Positions 1 to 8,786 of a stretch of DNA of 64,000 nucleotides are shown here, in pieces. How positions within the stretch are numbered: the first letter of the stretch is position 1; the number at the start of each line of letters is the position of its first letter. Under the pieces are notes generated by a model that saw only the letters and a list, made by a program, of their open reading frames with translations, made no database searches and was not told the DNA's origin. This DNA comes from Actinomycetota bacterium. GTDB taxonomy: Bacteria > Actinomycetota > Actinomycetes > S36-B12. The position numbers were made by a program, and so were the translations under genes. Where the stretch lies: contig CANFQC010000003.1 of NCBI GenBank assembly GCA_947449035.1, positions 24,633 to 88,632 on the forward strand. The letters run 5' to 3'.

Positions 1-1344
1 CTCGACGACCTCAGCCGACAAGGGGGTGCCACGAAGCTCGGCCTGGACCTCTTCGTCATCGAGTCTTTCGAGCGCCGCTCGCACGAGCTCGATGTTCACC
101 CGACGGGTTACCCCGCCCTCATCGGCAGAGGTCACCCTCAGCTTTCGGGCAAGAGGGCCAATTGTCTGAGCGAGGACAAGAGTGATCAGAATGACGATGA
201 ACGTGACGCATAGAAGTGCCTCGCGATAAGGGATCGCCGTTCCATCGTCCATGGCAAGCGGGATCGAGAAGGCCGCAAGACCGGACACCGGCCCACGCGC
301 TCCGGCCCACGCAATAACCGCCGCCCCGCGAGCTACACCGGAGTCCCGCACATCTTGACCGCGCAGACGGAGATATCCGACCATCGCGTAGACGAAGACA
401 AACCTGATCACGATGAGCAGAACTACGACAAGAAGTGCCAGTCCCGCGATCAGCAGCCAGTCACCACCTCCGAGTTTCATGAGAGTGTCGGTCAGTTCCA
501 GGCCGACGAGGAAGAACGCCATGGCCTGCAGCAGGAAGGTCAGCTGCTTCCACACCTGGACGCCCTGGAAGCGGGCAACGTGGGCGGTGTCCGATGACTG
601 CGAGTGCGCGATCCAGAGTGCCGCAATCACGACAGCGAGGATTCCCGAGCCGTGAATGCGCTCTGCTGCGAGGTAGAGCACGAACGGAGCAATGATGATG
701 AGGCCGTTGGATGCCACCGTGTCGGTCGTGCGCGCGCTGATTCGCGACACCAGCCAGCCACCGGCGACACCCACCGCAACGCCACCGACGACCGAGAGCA
801 CCAGCACCCCGAACACCTGTCCGACGGTGATGGTGCCCGCCAGCAGAGCAATGACAGCGACGCCCAGGAGCGTCAGGCCGGTGCCGTCGTTCACCAGGCT
901 CTCGCCTTCGAGAATCGACACAAGGCGCCGATCGAGCGAAGCGCGCTTTGCTACCGAGCTGACTGCCACCGCGTCGGTTGGCGCGAGGATGGCTCCGAGG
1001 GCAAAGAGCAGTGCGATCGGCGCAGTGATGACCAGGCTGAGCGCACCACCGATGAGAAGAGTCGTCGCGAGCACGAGGCCGATCGCCAACGTGAGCACGG
1101 GCTTTCGCACTCGGCGAAGGTCCAGGTATGAGGAACCGAGAGCTTCACCAAAGACCAAGGGCGCCAAGATCGCCGCCAGCACGATCTCCGGGTCAGGAGG
1201 TGCACTCGGGGCGAAAGGGAGGAAGCCGCAGATGGCACCAGCCACCAGCACGGGAAGGGCCATCCCCCAGCCACGCTGCCGGGTGAACACGGCCACGCCC
1301 ACGGCGATCAGGGCCGAGGTCGCAAACCAGCTGAACAACTCCAC
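1..1344 (-). CDS. Na+/H+ antiporter, CPA1 (NhaP-type) family; the 3' end lies beyond the left window edge
   Basis: Absent from the ORF track because no stop codon falls in the window. Manual minus-strand translation from GTG 1344 is open for 448 codons. It gives a polytopic membrane protein (VELFSWFATSALIAVG...ILAPTDAVAVSSV...ILEGESLVNDGTGL...) with CPA1-type TDAV and ESLxNDG signatures. TAGGCT-N6 precedes the GTG. Confidence 0.8.
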   Translation of the reverse strand, partial: MELFSWFATSALIAVGVAVFTRQRGWGMALPVLVAGAICGFLPFAPSAPPDPEIVLAAILAPLVFGEALGSSYLDLRRVRKPVLTLAIGLVLATTLLIGGALSLVITAPIALLFALGAILAPTDAVAVSSVAKRASLDRRLVSILEGESLVNDGTGLTLLGVAVIALLAGTITVGQVFGVLVLSVVGGVAVGVAGGWLVSRISARTTDTVASNGLIIIAPFVLYLAAERIHGSGILAVVIAALWIAHSQSSDTAHVARFQGVQVWKQLTFLLQAMAFFLVGLELTDTLMKLGGGDWLLIAGLALLVVVLLIVIRFVFVYAMVGYLRLRGQDVRDSGVARGAAVIAWAGARGPVSGLAAFSIPLAMDDGTAIPYREALLCVTFIVILITLVLAQTIGPLARKLRVTSADEGGVTRRVNIELVRAALERLDDEEVQAELRGTPLSAEVVE

Positions 1345-1564
1345 GGGGAGAGCCTATGACCGCACGCAGACCGGCTATTCGAGCCAGCCCTCGCTTCGGT
1401 GGGCCTGGCAGGCAGTGCGCTCGGAACGATTGACGACGTCGGGCAGGCTGCCCTCGAAGCGCGAATTCGTTCGTACCTGAGCGCTGTTCAGTCCGCCCAG
1501 ATCTGAGCCGACGACAGCCCATCGGGCCGTCATTGACCCAACGGTAAAGTAGTGGCGCACCAGC

Positions 1565-1639
1565 GCCCCTGTAGCTCAGTGGTAGAGCAACCGCCTTGTA
1601 AGCGGTAGGTCGTCAGTTCAATCCTGACCGGGGGCTCCA
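1565..1639 (+). tRNA. tRNA-Thr (anticodon TGT), CCA encoded
   Basis: Hand-folded cloverleaf. The 7-bp acceptor pairs GCCCCTG with CGGGGGC (one G-U). D arm is GCTC/GAGC. Anticodon stem is ACCGC/GCGGT with loop CTTGTAA. T arm is GTCAG-TTCAATC-CTGAC. Discriminator T is followed by CCA. Confidence 0.9.
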
Positions 1640-1696
1640 CTTCTTTACACGACTCGACTCAGTCAGGTCTCAGTTGTGACTGGCTAGCCTCGCACC

Positions 1697-3001
1697 ATGC
1701 CCCAAGCAAACTCGACACCCGTCACGCCCATCGTGCTCAGCAAGCGCCTTCTCAACAAGGTGCCCGAGGTCACGATCTTCTTCTGGATCATCAAGATCCT
1801 GTGCACCACGGTGGGTGAATCGGCTGCCGACTTCCTGAACTACAACCTGAACTGGGGCCTGACCCTCACGTCAGTGGCAACGGGAGTGCTTCTCGCCGTA
1901 GTCCTGACCCTTCAGATCAGCCTGAAGCGCTACGTAGCAGGGGTCTACTGGCTGACCGTCGCGCTCGTGAGCGTCTTCGGCACCCTCATCACCGACAATC
2001 TGACCGACAACCTTGGGGTGCCACTCGAAGTCAGCACCATTGTGTTCTCTGTTGCTCTTGGCCTGGTGTTCTTGGCCTGGTACGCGAGCGAGAAAACCCT
2101 CTCCATCCATTCGATCTACACCCGTCGACGCGAAGCCTTTTATTGGCTGGCGATCCTGGTGACGTTCGCCCTCGGCACAGCAACTGGAGACCTGGTGTCT
2201 GAGGGCCTGGGCGTCGGATATCTGAAAACCGGGTTGCTCTGCGCAGGACTCATCGCCGTGATCACCATCGCGTGGCGACTTGGCCTCGATGCAGTGCTGG
2301 CCTTCTGGCTCGCTTACATCCTGACTCGTCCGCTTGGCGCATCGATCGGCGATCTCATGGCCCAGCCTTCCTCCAATGGCGGTCTCGGGCTCGGCGTCAC
2401 GGTGACCAGTCTGATCCTGCTCGTGTTGATCGTCGGGATCGTCATCTACCTCTCGGTGCGCAAGCCCGACGTCATCCCCGTTCCCAACGATCCCGCGCAG
2501 CTTGCAGCACTCGACTCTCCTGAGACCGCACCTCATCACCGCCAAGAGTCAGCTCGCACGGCGGCGATCCAGACGGTGGTGGTTCTTGTCATCGTCGTCG
2601 TGGTCGGCGGAGCCTTCTACGCCTGGCGCACGAATTCACTCAACGCCGAGGCCGCGGCGGTGGCCCCGGCGCCTACGGCCAGCAGCGCCTCGAGCAACTC
2701 TTCAACTCAGCCTGCTGCACCTGCGTCGCCGCTCGGCGACATGACTGCCTTCATCACCATCACTCAGGACACAGCATCGCTGCTCAATGCAGGGAAGCAG
2801 TCGGAGGCCACCGCTCGGATTACTGATCTCGAGTCGGCCTGGGACAACGCTGCAGCAACCCTCACGCGCCGGAATCCCGATGCCTGGCATGCGGTCGACG
2901 ACAAAATCGATGCCGTGCTCCGCGAACTTCGGTCCACGTCACCGAACGTGACCACTGAGCAGACAGCACTCCAGGCGCTCCTCGGCCAGATGGGTGCTTG
3001 A
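1697..3001 (+). CDS. Polytopic membrane protein (COG4705-like N-terminal domain) with an extra TM helix, a Ser/Ala/Pro linker and a ~90-aa C-terminal helical domain
   Basis: 434-aa ORF. The N-terminus (NKVPEVTIFFWIIKILCTTVGESAADFL) resembles the uncharacterized membrane-anchored COG4705 family. TAGCCT-N6-ATG promoter/start geometry. A two-component system lies directly downstream. Confidence 0.55.
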   Translation: MPQANSTPVTPIVLSKRLLNKVPEVTIFFWIIKILCTTVGESAADFLNYNLNWGLTLTSVATGVLLAVVLTLQISLKRYVAGVYWLTVALVSVFGTLITDNLTDNLGVPLEVSTIVFSVALGLVFLAWYASEKTLSIHSIYTRRREAFYWLAILVTFALGTATGDLVSEGLGVGYLKTGLLCAGLIAVITIAWRLGLDAVLAFWLAYILTRPLGASIGDLMAQPSSNGGLGLGVTVTSLILLVLIVGIVIYLSVRKPDVIPVPNDPAQLAALDSPETAPHHRQESARTAAIQTVVVLVIVVVVGGAFYAWRTNSLNAEAAAVAPAPTASSASSNSSTQPAAPASPLGDMTAFITITQDTASLLNAGKQSEATARITDLESAWDNAAATLTRRNPDAWHAVDDKIDAVLRELRSTSPNVTTEQTALQALLGQMGA

Positions 3002-3082
3002 GGTAAGCACAATCAGCCCTTCTGACTGAGCAACCGCTGAGTCGGATGAGGAGATCTCACCAACGCGTGTGACGATTGCGCA

Positions 3083-3748
3083 ATGAGTAGTAAGGCACGA
3101 GTCCTGGTCGCTGATGACGAGGTCAGGTTCGCCGAAGCACTGCGTCAGGGTCTTAGCCGCACTGATTACGACGTCACGGTAGTGAACGATGGTGATTCGG
3201 CACTCGCCAAGGCACTTAGTGGCGGCTTTGACCTGATCCTTCTCGATCTCATGCTGCCCGGTCTTTCGGGTTACCGGGTCGTCGAGAAGCTGCGCGCGGC
3301 AGGAAACCAGACTCCGGTGATGATGCTCACCGCGAAGGATGGCGAATATGACGAGGCCGATGCATTCGACCTCGGAGTAGATGACTACCTCACTAAGCCC
3401 TTCAGCACGGTCGTGTTGCTCGCCCGCATGCGCTCGCTTCTTCGCCGACGACCCGACGCCTCAGACCAAGAAGTAGTCGTTGGTGAGCTCTCACTTGATG
3501 CACGTAAGCACCGATGCATGCTTGGCGCCGAGCGAATCACCCTCACTCCACGGGAATTCGATGTGACCCTGTATCTCGCGCAAAGAGCCGGTTCGGTCGT
3601 GAGCAAGCGTGAGCTTCTCGACAATGTGTGGGACGAACCTGAACTCGATCCCAACGTCGTCGAGGTGTGCATCCTTCAGGTGCGCAAGAAGCTCGGAAAT
3701 GAGCTCATTCGCACCGTCCGCGGTGTCGGGTACCGCTTGGGCGAATAA
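3083..3748 (+). CDS. OmpR/PhoB-family response regulator
   Basis: Receiver domain (VLVADDE...DLILLDLMLPGLSG...LTAKD) plus winged-helix output (LTPREFDVTLYL...IRTVRGVGYRL). Confidence 0.9.
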   Translation: MSSKARVLVADDEVRFAEALRQGLSRTDYDVTVVNDGDSALAKALSGGFDLILLDLMLPGLSGYRVVEKLRAAGNQTPVMMLTAKDGEYDEADAFDLGVDDYLTKPFSTVVLLARMRSLLRRRPDASDQEVVVGELSLDARKHRCMLGAERITLTPREFDVTLYLAQRAGSVVSKRELLDNVWDEPELDPNVVEVCILQVRKKLGNELIRTVRGVGYRLGE

Positions 3749-5034
3749 TGCCTTTCATGCCCCGGGGAATTCGAGCACGTGCTGTGCTCGTGGCCGTCAG
3801 CGCAACACTTGTTGTCGGCATCGCACTCGGTGCCGCATCCTTCGTGCTCGTCAGCCGCATCACGCTCTCTACGGTGCACGAAATTGTTTCGGCGCATCTC
3901 GAAGACGTCACTGCACAACTCCAGGAGCCCGGGGGTGGCCCTGCAAACAATGTGGTGCTCGAGGCAGTCGAGGCGTCAAGCCCGGTCTTCGTTCGCGTGC
4001 TCAATGCCGACGGCAGCACACTCGCCGAGACACCCGGAACACCGCCCGGGCTCGATCTCTGCACGGGAGACAGCAGCCGAGTGCAGGAGGTCACGACTAT
4101 TAGTTCGCCTGCTCTGGGCAACCTCACGCTCTGCGCGGCGGCGAGCAAGGCGCGGGTACGCGAGGCAGAGCGTGACGTGCTTCTCGTGCTCCTGATCATC
4201 ATTCCCCTCGCGGTCGTGGGTGTTGCCATAGCGGTGTGGCTTGCTGTGGGTCGTGCCTTGCGATCCGTCGACAGCTTGCGCAAGCAGGCGGAGTCGATGA
4301 CCAGCACGAGCGATGGTGCCCTTGCTGTTGACCCGACGGGCGACGAAATCGAATCACTCGGCGAAACTCTCAACGATCTTCTACTTCGCCTGCATGCTCA
4401 GTCCCGCTCGATGAGGCAATTCATCGCCGATGCAGGGCACGAGCTCCGTAACCCGATTGCCACCTTGAGGGTAAGCCTCGAGTTCGACCAGAAACCTGGC
4501 GAGGAAACTTCCCTCGCCCTTGCCGAACTCGATCGACTTGAGGCACTAGTTCAAGACCTCCTCGTTCTTGCCCGCACTGAGGCGCACGAATCACCCTCCT
4601 TCGCCAGCGTCGACCTATCCCGTCTAGTGGAAGAAGCGGTTCGTACCGCTCGACAGCAATACGTCAATGTTGACTTCACCGTGAGCTGCGATGCCGTTTC
4701 CGTGCTGGGAGATGAACGCACGCTTCGGGGAGCAATCGACAATCTGCTTCGCAATGCTGCACGTCACTGCTCGCGCGCGGTCACTATTTCGGTGACCGAG
4801 ACACCTGGCCACATACTCATTTCCGTGGACGATGACGGCGCGGGTCTCGAAAGCGCCGACACGTCACGCGTATTCGAACGTTTCGTCCGACTGGATGAAT
4901 CTCGGCATCGTGACGAAGGCGGTAGTGGGCTGGGTCTGGCCATTGTCGCGGCAACAGCGCAGGCTCATGGCGGTCGCGCCTGGGCTCTCGAGGGCCCGGG
5001 TGGCCGTTTCCGATTCGAGCTTCCGAGGCGTTGA
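3748..5034 (+). CDS. Sensor histidine kinase (two TM segments, HAMP, HisKA, HATPase_c)
   Basis: H-box FIADAGHELRNPIATL, N-box NLLRNAARH, G-boxes DDDGAGL and GGSGLGLAIV. The start ATG shares one base with the response regulator stop (TAATG). Confidence 0.9.
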   Translation: MPFMPRGIRARAVLVAVSATLVVGIALGAASFVLVSRITLSTVHEIVSAHLEDVTAQLQEPGGGPANNVVLEAVEASSPVFVRVLNADGSTLAETPGTPPGLDLCTGDSSRVQEVTTISSPALGNLTLCAAASKARVREAERDVLLVLLIIIPLAVVGVAIAVWLAVGRALRSVDSLRKQAESMTSTSDGALAVDPTGDEIESLGETLNDLLLRLHAQSRSMRQFIADAGHELRNPIATLRVSLEFDQKPGEETSLALAELDRLEALVQDLLVLARTEAHESPSFASVDLSRLVEEAVRTARQQYVNVDFTVSCDAVSVLGDERTLRGAIDNLLRNAARHCSRAVTISVTETPGHILISVDDDGAGLESADTSRVFERFVRLDESRHRDEGGSGLGLAIVAATAQAHGGRAWALEGPGGRFRFELPRR

Positions 5035-5108
5035 GCCTTTACGAGAGGTTCATTTCACCTGTGGATGTGCTCAGTCGAGGCAAAGAATCGAAGTGGGACA
5101 CTTAAGCC

Positions 5109-5867
5109 ATGCCTGACACTATTGGCGGCTTGCCGCTGCATCCCCTCGTTGTCCATGCCGTAGCCGTTCTCCTTCCTTTGTGCGCTGTCGGCCTCATCAT
5201 CTTGGTGCTCGTACCCAAATGGCGACGCACCTATGGCTGGCTGGTGGTCGGTGGCCTCGGAGTCAGCGCGGTGTGCGCCTGGGTTGCCAAGGAGACCGGC
5301 CAGAATCTGGCCACTGTCGTCGGTGTGCCGAGCGAGCATGCCGAGTGGGGTGATCGTCTCGTGCCCATCAGTGCTCTGCTGTTCGTGGTGGCGGCGATCT
5401 GGTTCTGGTTCGCCCGCAAGGAGACAAAGGGCGCGGCCGCCACGCTGCTCAACATTGCGGGCATTGCGTTGGCACTGCTCACCATTGGCGTCACCATTCT
5501 TGTCGGACACTCGGGTGCCGAGGCAGCCTGGAAGGCGAAGTACGCCGCGGCGACCCAGCCCATCCCCGCAGCCACTACGGCAGCCAGCTCCTCAGCCAGC
5601 CCCGCTGCCTCCGCGGGTACCACCACATCCAGCGGCGCGATCACGATGGCCGATGTTGCCAAGCACTCGACCGCCAAGGATTGCTGGTCGGCCGTTTCAG
5701 GCAATGTCTATGACCTCACCAAGTGGATCTCACAGCACCCTGGTGGCTCCGGCCCGATCCTCGGAATGTGTGGCACCGACGGTACGGCTGGATTCGAAGG
5801 CCAGCACGCCGGCCAGGGTCGACCAGCTCAGGAACTCGCGAGCTTCCTTGTCGGGCCTCTCGGATGA
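5109..5867 (+). CDS. DUF2231-like four-TM membrane domain fused to a C-terminal cytochrome b5-like heme-binding domain
   Basis: The N-terminus (GLPLHPLVVHAV...LVGHSGAEAAW) is DUF2231-like. The C-terminus (KDCWSAVSGNVYDLTKWISQHPGGSGPILGMCGTDGTAGFEGQH) carries the b5 HPGG motif and a second His. Confidence 0.7.
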   Translation: MPDTIGGLPLHPLVVHAVAVLLPLCAVGLIILVLVPKWRRTYGWLVVGGLGVSAVCAWVAKETGQNLATVVGVPSEHAEWGDRLVPISALLFVVAAIWFWFARKETKGAAATLLNIAGIALALLTIGVTILVGHSGAEAAWKAKYAAATQPIPAATTAASSSASPAASAGTTTSSGAITMADVAKHSTAKDCWSAVSGNVYDLTKWISQHPGGSGPILGMCGTDGTAGFEGQHAGQGRPAQELASFLVGPLG

Positions 5868-6196
5868 GCGCCCGCCGTCTTGTCACTGGCATCGCCATCG
5901 GGCTCACCGTGATCGCTGCGAGCGGTGCCATATCGACCGGTGCGTCGGCGGCTCAACCGTCCAAGAAATACACGGCGGCCCAGGTGGCCAAGCACGCGAC
6001 GGCGAAGGACTGCTGGACCTCTATTAATGGCCAGGTATACAACCTCACCACGTGGATCAAAGGTCACCCCGGCGGCTCCGGTCCGATCCTGAGTATTTGC
6101 GGGCGTGACGGCAGCTCGGCTTTCAACAGTCAGCATCAGGGCCAGGGTGGTCCTGCGGCGATGCTTCGAAAGTTCCAGATCGGCAAACTCGGCTAA
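5864..6196 (+). CDS. Secreted cytochrome b5-like heme-binding domain protein (paralog of the C-terminal domain of 5109..5867)
   Basis: I use the internal ATG at 5864, which overlaps the upstream stop as ATGA. Sec-type signal peptide MSARRLVTGIAIGLTVIAASGAISTGASA-AQ. b5 motif KDCWTSINGQVYNLTTWIKGHPGGSGPILSICGRDGSSAFNSQH. Confidence 0.7.
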   Translation: MSARRLVTGIAIGLTVIAASGAISTGASAAQPSKKYTAAQVAKHATAKDCWTSINGQVYNLTTWIKGHPGGSGPILSICGRDGSSAFNSQHQGQGGPAAMLRKFQIGKLG

Positions 6197-6215
6197 AACT
6201 GCGCACGCACTTTCA

Positions 6216-6250
6216 CTAGGCGGGTCCGATCATTGATCGGGCCCGCCTAG
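6216..6250 (+). terminator. Hairpin with 16-bp stem and 3-nt loop, followed by TCTTTG. Acts as terminator of the b5 operon and overlaps the next gene's promoter.
   Basis: CTAGGCGGGTCCGATC-ATT-GATCGGGCCCGCCTAG, with a single G-U pair and all others Watson-Crick. Confidence 0.7.
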
Positions 6251-6253
6251 TCT
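6248..6253 (+). promoter_or_regulatory. Candidate -10 hexamer TAGTCT, 6 nt upstream of ATG 6260 (leaderless start)
   Basis: TANNNT lies 6 nt from the start codon. There is no Shine-Dalgarno sequence and no room for one between the hairpin and the ATG. Confidence 0.45.
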
Positions 6254-6259
6254 TTGCCC

Positions 6260-8710
6260 ATGAGCAATCTGCCCAATCGCGCCCGCGTTGTCATCATCGG
6301 CGGCGGCATCGTCGGCGCCAGCGTCGCGTACCACCTGACCAAGCTCGGCTGGAGCGATGTCGTGCTCCTCGAGCAGGGGCAGCTCTCATCTGGCACCACC
6401 TGGCATGCGGCCGGACTGGTCGGTCAGTTGCGCGCAACGGAGGGCGGCACGCGACTGGTGCAGTACTCCGCAAAGCTCTACCAGGAGCTTGAGGCCGAGA
6501 CGGGCCTTGGTACCGGATACAAGGAGTGCGGCGGCGTCACCGTGGCACGCACTCCCGACCGCATGGTGCAACTGCTTCGCACGGCCGCTGCCGCTGAGGC
6601 CTACAACCTCGAGTGCGAGATCATCACGCCCGAGCGCGCTAAGGAGCTCTACCCCGTCCTGGAGATCTCCGATATCCAGGGCGCCATCTGGTTGCCGTAT
6701 GACGGCACTGCTAACCCGACCGATGTCACCCAGTCGCTTGCCAAGGGTGCGCGCATGAGGGGTGCTCAAGTTTTTGAGCGCACTCGCGTTCTGGGTGTCA
6801 CAACGAAGGACGGTGTCGTCACCGGCGTGCAAACCGACGCCGGCGACATTGAGGCCGAGATCGTCGTGAACTGCGCCGGCCAGTGGGCCAAGGCAATCGG
6901 CGCAATGTGCGGAGTCAATGTTCCGCTGCACTCGGCGGAGCACTTCTACGTCGTGACCGAGCAGATCGAGGGCGTGCATCGCATGATGCCGATTTTGCGC
7001 GACCCCGATGGCTACACCTACATGAAGGAAGAAGTCGGCGGCCTCGTGGTCGGCGGCTTCGAGCCTGAAGCCAAGCCGTGGGTATCACCCGATCAGATTC
7101 CGTACCCCTTCGAATTCCAGTTACTCGAGGAGGACTGGGATCACTTCTCGATCCTGATGGAAAGCGCACTGCATCGCGTTCCGGCTCTCCAGGAGACCGG
7201 TATCAAGATGTTCTACAACGGCCCTGAGTCCTTCACCCCCGACAATCAGTTCATCCTCGGCGAGGCACCCGAGCTCAAGAACTTCTTTGTCGGCGCCGGC
7301 TTTAACTCAGTCGGCATTGCCTCGGCCGGCGGCGCCGGTCGAGCCCTTGCCGAGTGGATCGTGTCGGGTGAGCCGCAAAGTGATCTCGTCGGCGTCGACA
7401 TCCGTCGCTTCGCACCCTTCAACGGCAATAACCAGTGGCTGCGCGCCCGTGTGGGTGAGGTGCTCGGTCTGCACTACTCGGTGCCGTGGCCCAATCGAGA
7501 ATTCGCGACTGCTCGACCCTTCCGTCAGTCACCCGTGCACGATCGCATCGCAGCGGCCAATGCCTGCTTCGGTTCGCGCATGGGCTGGGAGCGCCCGAAC
7601 TACTTTGCTCCTGCAGGCGAGGATGCTTCGATCGACTACGCCTGGGGCAAGCAGAACTGGATTCCGTGGGTTAATGACGAGCAGCGTGCCACGCGCAATG
7701 ACGTCGCAATCTTTGACGAGACCAGCTTCGGCAAGTTGCTGGTCAAGGGTCGCGATGCCGAGCGCCTGATGCAGTGGCTATGTACCGCCGATGTGAATGT
7801 ACCCATCGGTGGAGTCGTCTATACCGGTGTGCTCAATGCACGCGGTACCTACGAGGCTGATGTCACGATCACGCGCATTGCCCACGATGAGTTCATGTGG
7901 GTCACCGGTTCCGCATCTGTTGTGCGCGATTCCGACTGGATTAATCGCCACACGACTGATGACATGCATGTTGAGGTCGTCGACATCTCGAGCGCTTACG
8001 CCGTACTCGGCTTGATGGGCCCGAAGTCACGCGAACTACTCTCGCGCGTCTCGAAGGCCGATCTCTCCAATCAAGCCTTCCCCTTCGGGACCTCGCAGCT
8101 GATCGATATCGGCTTCTTCACCGTCCGTGCGACTCGTCTGACCTATGTCGGCGAACTTGGCTGGGAGCTCTACGTGCCCGCCGAGTTCGCGAACGGGGTG
8201 TTTGACCTCCTGCACGAAGCGGGCGCCGATCTGGGAATTCGCAATGCCGGTTACTACGCAATCGGTGCTCTGCGTCTGGAGAAGGGCTACCGAGCATTCG
8301 GCCCCGAGCTCAACCCTGATTACTCCCCTGTCGAGGCAGGCTTGCTCTTCGCCACGAAACTGAAAACCGACATCGACTTCCTGGGTCGTTCCGCACTCGA
8401 GGCAATCAAGGAAGCCGGGCCGCGGCGCCGACTCGTGTCGTGGGTCGCAGGCGAGGGCGATGCGATGCTCTGGGGCGGCGAATTGATCCTGCGCGACGGA
8501 GTTGGCGTTGGCCAGGTCACGTCGGCTGCATTCGGCACCACGATCGGCGCATGCGTCGGTCTTGCCTACGTGCGCCGCCTCGACGGTGAGGCAGTCACGC
8601 CTGATTACCTCGACGCACAATGGTCGGTGAATGTCGGCGGTCGCGTCGTGCCGATTACCGTCTCGCTGAAGGCGCCGTACGATCCCGCCTCCGAACGGGT
8701 GCGCAGCTAA
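6260..8710 (+). CDS. FAD-dependent oxidoreductase fused to a GcvT-type aminomethyltransferase/folate-binding domain (dimethylglycine/sarcosine dehydrogenase family)
   Basis: N-terminal Rossmann motif VVIIGGGIVGASVAYHL. Large DAO domain, with a C-terminal GcvT-like domain (FGKLLVKGRDAERLMQWL...YYAIGALRLEKGY). The ORF track starts at TTG 6254. I prefer ATG 6260. Confidence 0.85.
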   Translation: MSNLPNRARVVIIGGGIVGASVAYHLTKLGWSDVVLLEQGQLSSGTTWHAAGLVGQLRATEGGTRLVQYSAKLYQELEAETGLGTGYKECGGVTVARTPDRMVQLLRTAAAAEAYNLECEIITPERAKELYPVLEISDIQGAIWLPYDGTANPTDVTQSLAKGARMRGAQVFERTRVLGVTTKDGVVTGVQTDAGDIEAEIVVNCAGQWAKAIGAMCGVNVPLHSAEHFYVVTEQIEGVHRMMPILRDPDGYTYMKEEVGGLVVGGFEPEAKPWVSPDQIPYPFEFQLLEEDWDHFSILMESALHRVPALQETGIKMFYNGPESFTPDNQFILGEAPELKNFFVGAGFNSVGIASAGGAGRALAEWIVSGEPQSDLVGVDIRRFAPFNGNNQWLRARVGEVLGLHYSVPWPNREFATARPFRQSPVHDRIAAANACFGSRMGWERPNYFAPAGEDASIDYAWGKQNWIPWVNDEQRATRNDVAIFDETSFGKLLVKGRDAERLMQWLCTADVNVPIGGVVYTGVLNARGTYEADVTITRIAHDEFMWVTGSASVVRDSDWINRHTTDDMHVEVVDISSAYAVLGLMGPKSRELLSRVSKADLSNQAFPFGTSQLIDIGFFTVRATRLTYVGELGWELYVPAEFANGVFDLLHEAGADLGIRNAGYYAIGALRLEKGYRAFGPELNPDYSPVEAGLLFATKLKTDIDFLGRSALEAIKEAGPRRRLVSWVAGEGDAMLWGGELILRDGVGVGQVTSAAFGTTIGACVGLAYVRRLDGEAVTPDYLDAQWSVNVGGRVVPITVSLKAPYDPASERVRS

Positions 8711-8737
8711 CCGAGCTTCCGCATTAGCGGAAAGCAG

Positions 8738-8768
8738 AGGGGCGGGCGGCCAATGGCCACCCGCCCCT
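8738..8768. terminator. Hairpin between convergent genes (likely bidirectional terminator)
   Basis: AGGGGCGGGCGGCC-AAT-GGCCACCCGCCCCT, a 14-bp stem with one mismatch. Confidence 0.55.
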
Positions 8769-8786
8769 TCGCATACCTAGCGCCGT

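Noticed and set aside
692-1480. 262-aa plus-strand ORF, along with other plus-strand ORFs between 355 and 1131
   Set aside because: They are antisense to the CPA1 antiporter, which reads open for 448 codons on the minus strand. The translations are Arg/Pro/Ser/Thr-rich.
3705-4373. 222-aa minus-strand ORF
   Set aside because: It is antisense to the histidine kinase. It has no motifs and typical high-GC shadow-frame composition.
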